Shown one piece after another: positions 60,303-64,000 of a DNA stretch of 64,000 bases. A program made the position numbers and the translations under genes. Source of the stretch: a virus (lineage: Duplodnaviria; Caudoviricetes); the IMG/VR virus record IMGVR_UViG_3300026161_000447, positions 22,076 through 86,075 of that record; one strand, 5' to 3'. The stretch's first letter is position 1; each line of letters opens with the position of its first letter. The notes beneath the pieces were generated by a model that searched no databases, was not told the DNA's origin, and was given only the letters and a program-made list of their open reading frames with translations.

Positions 60303-60758
60303 CTAGTCCTCCGCCTGTGGCGTCTTCTTGGGCCGGCCCGGGCGGCGCTTGGCTGGCTTCCCCTCGGCCACGGGCTCTGGATCGTCGTGGTCGTCGTGGT
60401 CGTCGGCATCGTCCGCTGGGGGTTCCTGCACTACAGCGGGTTCGGGTTCGGCCACAGAGCCGGGATGAACGATGACCTGAACCACGGGCTCGGTAGACGC
60501 CACGGCGCCGCCGGTCGGATGGATGCCAGATAGGTCTGGCTCAGGGGGCAGCAGTTCGTCCACCGCAACCCCCTGCAACTGCCCCAGCACCCCAATGTCC
60601 TCGTCGCGCAGCGGCTCCGGCGTCGACAACAGCGGGCCGCCGCCGTAGCGGACGACCCCAATGCAGACGCCCTTGGCATCGAACTGCACCAGGGCGTCGT
60701 TGACTACCATGCGCTGTCCGGCCCACTTTGGGGACCTCACGCGCTTCATGTGCATCAC
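60303..60758 (-). CDS. Small post-capsid protein with acidic linker and AT-hook-like tail
   Basis: VQFDAKGV; ends KRRPGRPKK. Confidence 0.7.
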   Translation of the reverse strand: MMHMKRVRSPKWAGQRMVVNDALVQFDAKGVCIGVVRYGGGPLLSTPEPLRDEDIGVLGQLQGVAVDELLPPEPDLSGIHPTGGAVASTEPVVQVIVHPGSVAEPEPAVVQEPPADDADDHDDHDDPEPVAEGKPAKRRPGRPKKTPQAED

Positions 60759-61747
60759 CTCGCCACGACATCGACTTCCTGGCCGGCAACCGCAACCTCG
60801 GCAGCGACGCCCCAGGCAAGATGGGCCGATTCGGCAGTGGCGGTCAGCGCACGTGTCGCTGCCGCGCAGTCACCAACCATGATGTAGGTGATACTGCCGT
60901 AGGTGTCGCCGACGGTATCCGTGCCGCTGGTACCAGTGACAACGGTCGTCTGGGCATCACCATCGGGGTCAATACCGAACACCAGCACTTGCTCAGTGTT
61001 GTCGGTGTTGATCCCCAGGTCCTGGTTGAACGCACTACCTCCCGTGCGGGCCGGGGTTAGCACGCCGGCGGTCTTGTTCGTGCCTGCCGTGATGGTCGTG
61101 ATGGTTGCGCCACCGGAGTGCTCCTTGACGGTCACCGTCCCGGCGGTGACGCCCTTGATGATGACCCCGCAGACATTCTTGAATGTCTCTGTGCCCTCAA
61201 CGGCACTGGTGCCGTTCAGAGCGTATTCCTCGCTCAAGAAGCTGTCGTCGGCCGCCGTGCCGTAGACGGTAACGACAGGGCCATCGTCATCAAGGGCGCT
61301 GTTACTCACCACGTCCACCGTGTCGCTGGCCGGCTGGTTTCCGAAGTTGGCGCCGGTGCCGGTCAACACGGTGACCAGGGACGACAGACACACGTTGATC
61401 GCCTTGCCGTCGGTCCCGGAGCGCACAAAGTCCCCCGCGGGGAAGCCTACCTGGGCGTCCAGCGTGCACTTGCCCTTCGTCATGATCTGAGCAGTCTGCC
61501 CGGCCGTGCGGGAAGCGACGGGTACCCCCACGGCAACGTCGCCGTTCCCGGCGTCCTCCACGGTGCCGGCTGCGACTATCTCGGTGAACCGCTTGGCAGT
61601 GGCGGTCTTGCCGCTGGTGACGACGCCCGAGAACACTCCGGCGCCCTCCAGGGCGGCGTTGAGTCTGGTGCCCAGTTCCGTGCGACGAGACGCCGGGTTC
61701 ATCTTGTTCAGGGACCTGATATCTCTGGTGCTCAGTGTGTCGCTCAC
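60755..61747 (-). CDS. Capsid cement/decoration protein (DUF2190-like) with large internal insertion
   Basis: TA.RF..V..AG.GD.AVGV...GQ...I..KG...AGDFVRS..DGKAI [~200-aa insert] AWGVAAEVAVAGQEVDV. Confidence 0.65.
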   Translation of the reverse strand: MSDTLSTRDIRSLNKMNPASRRTELGTRLNAALEGAGVFSGVVTSGKTATAKRFTEIVAAGTVEDAGNGDVAVGVPVASRTAGQTAQIMTKGKCTLDAQVGFPAGDFVRSGTDGKAINVCLSSLVTVLTGTGANFGNQPASDTVDVVSNSALDDDGPVVTVYGTAADDSFLSEEYALNGTSAVEGTETFKNVCGVIIKGVTAGTVTVKEHSGGATITTITAGTNKTAGVLTPARTGGSAFNQDLGINTDNTEQVLVFGIDPDGDAQTTVVTGTSGTDTVGDTYGSITYIMVGDCAAATRALTATAESAHLAWGVAAEVAVAGQEVDVVAR

Positions 61748-61773
61748 GTCTCAGCCCTCCCTATGAAGGGGCG

Positions 61774-61797
61774 GGGGGCTCCACGATGGGAGCCCCC
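61774..61797 (-). other. Intergenic hairpin after the capsid gene
   Basis: 9-bp stem GGGGGCTCC/GGAGCCCCC; no U-tract. Confidence 0.5.
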
Positions 61798-61822
61798 GAG
61801 ATGGTAGATCGGCCGAGTGTTA

Positions 61823-63322
61823 CTACGCGGCGTGGAGCCCCAGCGGGTCCCAGCCCTCGTCGAGCACGACTGAGGGCAAGACGTTGCGAATGATGCCGTT
61901 CCACTCGGGCTTTGCCATCCGGAACACGCCGCGCAGCACGATCAGGAACCACTCCCAGTCCCCTAGGGGGGCCAGGTTTTTCTTGGCCGCCGGCTGGAGC
62001 TGAGACCACTGCATCGTGGTGGCCTGCTGGCGCATGTCGGCGACCGCGATGTGGGCGGTGCCGGGGACCCATGTGCCGTCGTCGACGAAGCTCGTGGTTG
62101 CCTTGCCGCTGTCGGCGGCTACCCACAGGTAGCGGCAGTCGGTGGCCACTCCGTCCTTGGCGGAGCGGTAGATGCGATAGCCGGTAGCGTCTTCACCGGC
62201 TCCGTTGGGGGTGATGACGAGGGTGACCGTCTGGCCGAGGGTGACGCTCACGGGGTTGCTGACGTCCGAGATGCTCTCGCCGTCGGCGTTGATAGCCGTG
62301 ACGCGGTAGTAGTAGGTCCCGGTGGGGATTGTTCCGCCACTGCTGCCGGCCGTCGCGCTCGTCAGCGTAGGGGCTCCCGGACGGTCTGAAAAGCCCTGGG
62401 CAACCGTGGGGTACGGCCAGCCGACCTCGTTGAACGGATCGCTCTCGAAGTCGATTGTGCCAAAGGCCGTTCGCATTCCGCCGAAGTAGCCACCTGCGTA
62501 CATGCGCTCTGCGGCCACCGGCAGCGAGACGCGCTGCGCGTTCTCGAAGAGGGAGTTGAAGTCCTCCTGCAGGAGGGGGTTCATCACCAGGTGCGTCATG
62601 CGCCCGCCGCGGTTGCGCATCCGCGCCGCAAGCTGGTGGATAGGCTGCTGGCTGTCGAGGATGTCGCCGCCGAGGTCAACGATGTTCGGCTCACTCGGAG
62701 CAATCACCTGAGCCCAAAAGCCGTTGACGCCCGTGGGGAGTGCCGCGCGGACGTTCCAGAACAGGTGCTTGCTCAGTTTGTGCAGGATGTTTATCATCCC
62801 GTCCTGCTCTTGCTGCAAGGCGGGGTTGACCTGCATGTTGACCATCATGGAGACGTCGGAGATCTGGCGCAGCTCCTTGTAGTGGGCCATCTCCATATAC
62901 GCGCGGGCGATGGCCTGTATCTGGTACTGGGGGTTGCCGTACTCAGCCTTGGCGGACCCCCACTCGTTGCCGCGCGACGTGTGCCGGTTGAACTGGTCAA
63001 TCGTGGAGTGAACCGGCACCTTGTTCAGTAGCTGCCAGAAGCGACAGTCCTCCTCGGTGAGGGTGATGGACTGCAGCTTGCTGTCCAGACTCTCGTACTG
63101 AGTGGCGCGGCCGCCGGTGAAGCTGGCGGCGTCGACGCCCGTGCCGGCGGTGAAGATCGACTTGGCGAGGGGCTCTGGCCCTTCGGCGTCGAGACCTGCG
63201 CCCTTGAGCGTCTCGGGGCCTTCGACCATGCTCACGAGGGGCGCGATCCTCTCGTAGCCCTTCCACTGCTGGCTCTTGATGATCCTGACGGGGTACTTGA
63301 CTGCACGGGCAAGTGCGCTCAT
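61823..63322 (-). CDS. Major capsid protein, SPO1/Twort/K (Herelleviridae)-type, with FN3/Ig-like insertion
   Basis: AKS..TAG.G......TGG.A.Q.ESLD..L..IT.T.ED..FW..L.K.P..STI.QFN; insert PGAPT...YYYRVTAINADGES...YRIYRS. Confidence 0.85.
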   Translation of the reverse strand: MSALARAVKYPVRIIKSQQWKGYERIAPLVSMVEGPETLKGAGLDAEGPEPLAKSIFTAGTGVDAASFTGGRATQYESLDSKLQSITLTEEDCRFWQLLNKVPVHSTIDQFNRHTSRGNEWGSAKAEYGNPQYQIQAIARAYMEMAHYKELRQISDVSMMVNMQVNPALQQEQDGMINILHKLSKHLFWNVRAALPTGVNGFWAQVIAPSEPNIVDLGGDILDSQQPIHQLAARMRNRGGRMTHLVMNPLLQEDFNSLFENAQRVSLPVAAERMYAGGYFGGMRTAFGTIDFESDPFNEVGWPYPTVAQGFSDRPGAPTLTSATAGSSGGTIPTGTYYYRVTAINADGESISDVSNPVSVTLGQTVTLVITPNGAGEDATGYRIYRSAKDGVATDCRYLWVAADSGKATTSFVDDGTWVPGTAHIAVADMRQQATTMQWSQLQPAAKKNLAPLGDWEWFLIVLRGVFRMAKPEWNGIIRNVLPSVVLDEGWDPLGLHAA

Positions 63323-63339
63323 TTCCAGCCCTCCAAAAG

Positions 63340-63374
63340 CAGCGAAGCCACCCCAATCCGGGGTGGCTTCGCTG
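63340..63374 (-). terminator. Terminator-like hairpin immediately before the capsid SD
   Basis: 15-bp perfect stem CAGCGAAGCCACCCC/GGGGTGGCTTCGCTG followed by CTTTT then GGAGG. Confidence 0.65.
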
Positions 63375-63400
63375 AGTGTATTCCTGCTGTCGTCTGGGGT

Positions 63401-64000
63401 CTAGGCGGCCTCGGCCTCGGCCTCGGCCAGGATGCCCTTCCAGTGTTCCCACGCTGGCCCGCCGCGTTCGGCGGCGTCGAGGATCGCCAGCGCGTCGTCG
63501 CCGTCGATAGCTCCCTGCTCCTGGAGGGCGAAGACGCTCTTCTGGACCTTCTCGATGTCGGGGCCCACGTCGCCGTCCAGCGGGCCCTTCCGGGGCTTGC
63601 TGGGCAGTGCGCGTCCGGCCGGCATGCGGCCGAACTGGCCGAGCGCTTCCTTGATCTCCTCCAGCGACTTCCTGACGTCCGCCAGCCCGAAGGCGACCTC
63701 CTTCTCGCGTGCCCTCTGGGAGGCGTCGAAGGCCTTCAGCATCCGTTCCATGACCTCGTTTCCGTCGACGACGTCTTCCAGGTCCTCGTCATCCGCAAAC
63801 TCGTCGTCGACGTAGTCGGCCAGGGACTTCTTGACCGGCTTCTTGGTCCTGCCACCGTCCTTGGTGCGCTTGTCGCCCACGGTGTCGTCACCCTCATCGC
63901 CCCAAAGGTCCTCAGCGGCCGACTCTACGTCCTCGTCGGACACATCCTCATCGTCATCCCCGCTGCCCTCCCAATCGTCATCCTCGCCATCCTCGTCGTC
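63401..64000 (-). CDS. Scaffold-like acidic protein, 5'-truncated by the window edge
   Basis: Frame open to 64000; very acidic; DVRKSLEEIK coiled coil; directly upstream of the capsid gene. Confidence 0.75.
   Translation of the reverse strand, partial: DDEDGEDDDWEGSGDDDEDVSDEDVESAAEDLWGDEGDDTVGDKRTKDGGRTKKPVKKSLADYVDDEFADDEDLEDVVDGNEVMERMLKAFDASQRAREKEVAFGLADVRKSLEEIKEALGQFGRMPAGRALPSKPRKGPLDGDVGPDIEKVQKSVFALQEQGAIDGDDALAILDAAERGGPAWEHWKGILAEAEAEAA

Larger units (their letters stand above)
1..64000. mobile_element. Temperate tailed phage genome segment (probably excised/circular form)
   Basis: Contiguous replication, immunity, integrase+attP, lysis, tail and head modules; no host housekeeping genes; phage genes on both sides of the att site. 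Confidence 0.95.

Overview
The whole window is one high-GC temperate phage genome segment with no host genes at either end. Left arm (minus strand, 1-19062): Cro-like HTH, a string of small early genes, a recombination block (Cas4/RecB-like nuclease, gp3/RDF-like protein, Rad50/SbcC-like ATPase), SNF2 helicase, replication initiator, fused primase-DnaB helicase, phage metallopeptidase and a resolvase-like nuclease. Middle (plus strand, 19185-27182): a leaderless CI-like repressor with cargo genes, then a strongly promoted operon of small genes ending in a large serine integrase. An intact 50-bp attP-like inverted repeat follows (27189-27238), so the sequence probably represents the excised or free form. 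Right arm (minus strand, 27263-64000): scaffold, major capsid and neck genes that resemble the SPO1/Twort (Herelleviridae) head module, joined to an apparently non-contractile tail. The tail has two paralogous tube genes, a frameshifted chaperone, a tape measure protein with N-terminal double zinc ribbons, and adhesin-like tail-region proteins. The lysis cassette is split by two tandem DNA methyltransferases. Terminase and portal are not in the window. Best leads: (i) a promoter/terminator-bounded unit inside the tail operon whose Ig-domain gene has two in-frame starts, with and without a membrane anchor; (ii) the Herelle-type head on a temperate siphovirus-like genome; (iii) the zinc-ribbon tape measure protein; (iv) a structured leader with complementary GGGG/CCCC-loop hairpins (or twin operators) ahead of the replication genes; (v) a repressor C-terminal module repeated in the next gene; (vi) a beta-barrel-like exported protein next to the holin, with no recognisable spanin. 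All family assignments are motif recognition by eye, not database results.
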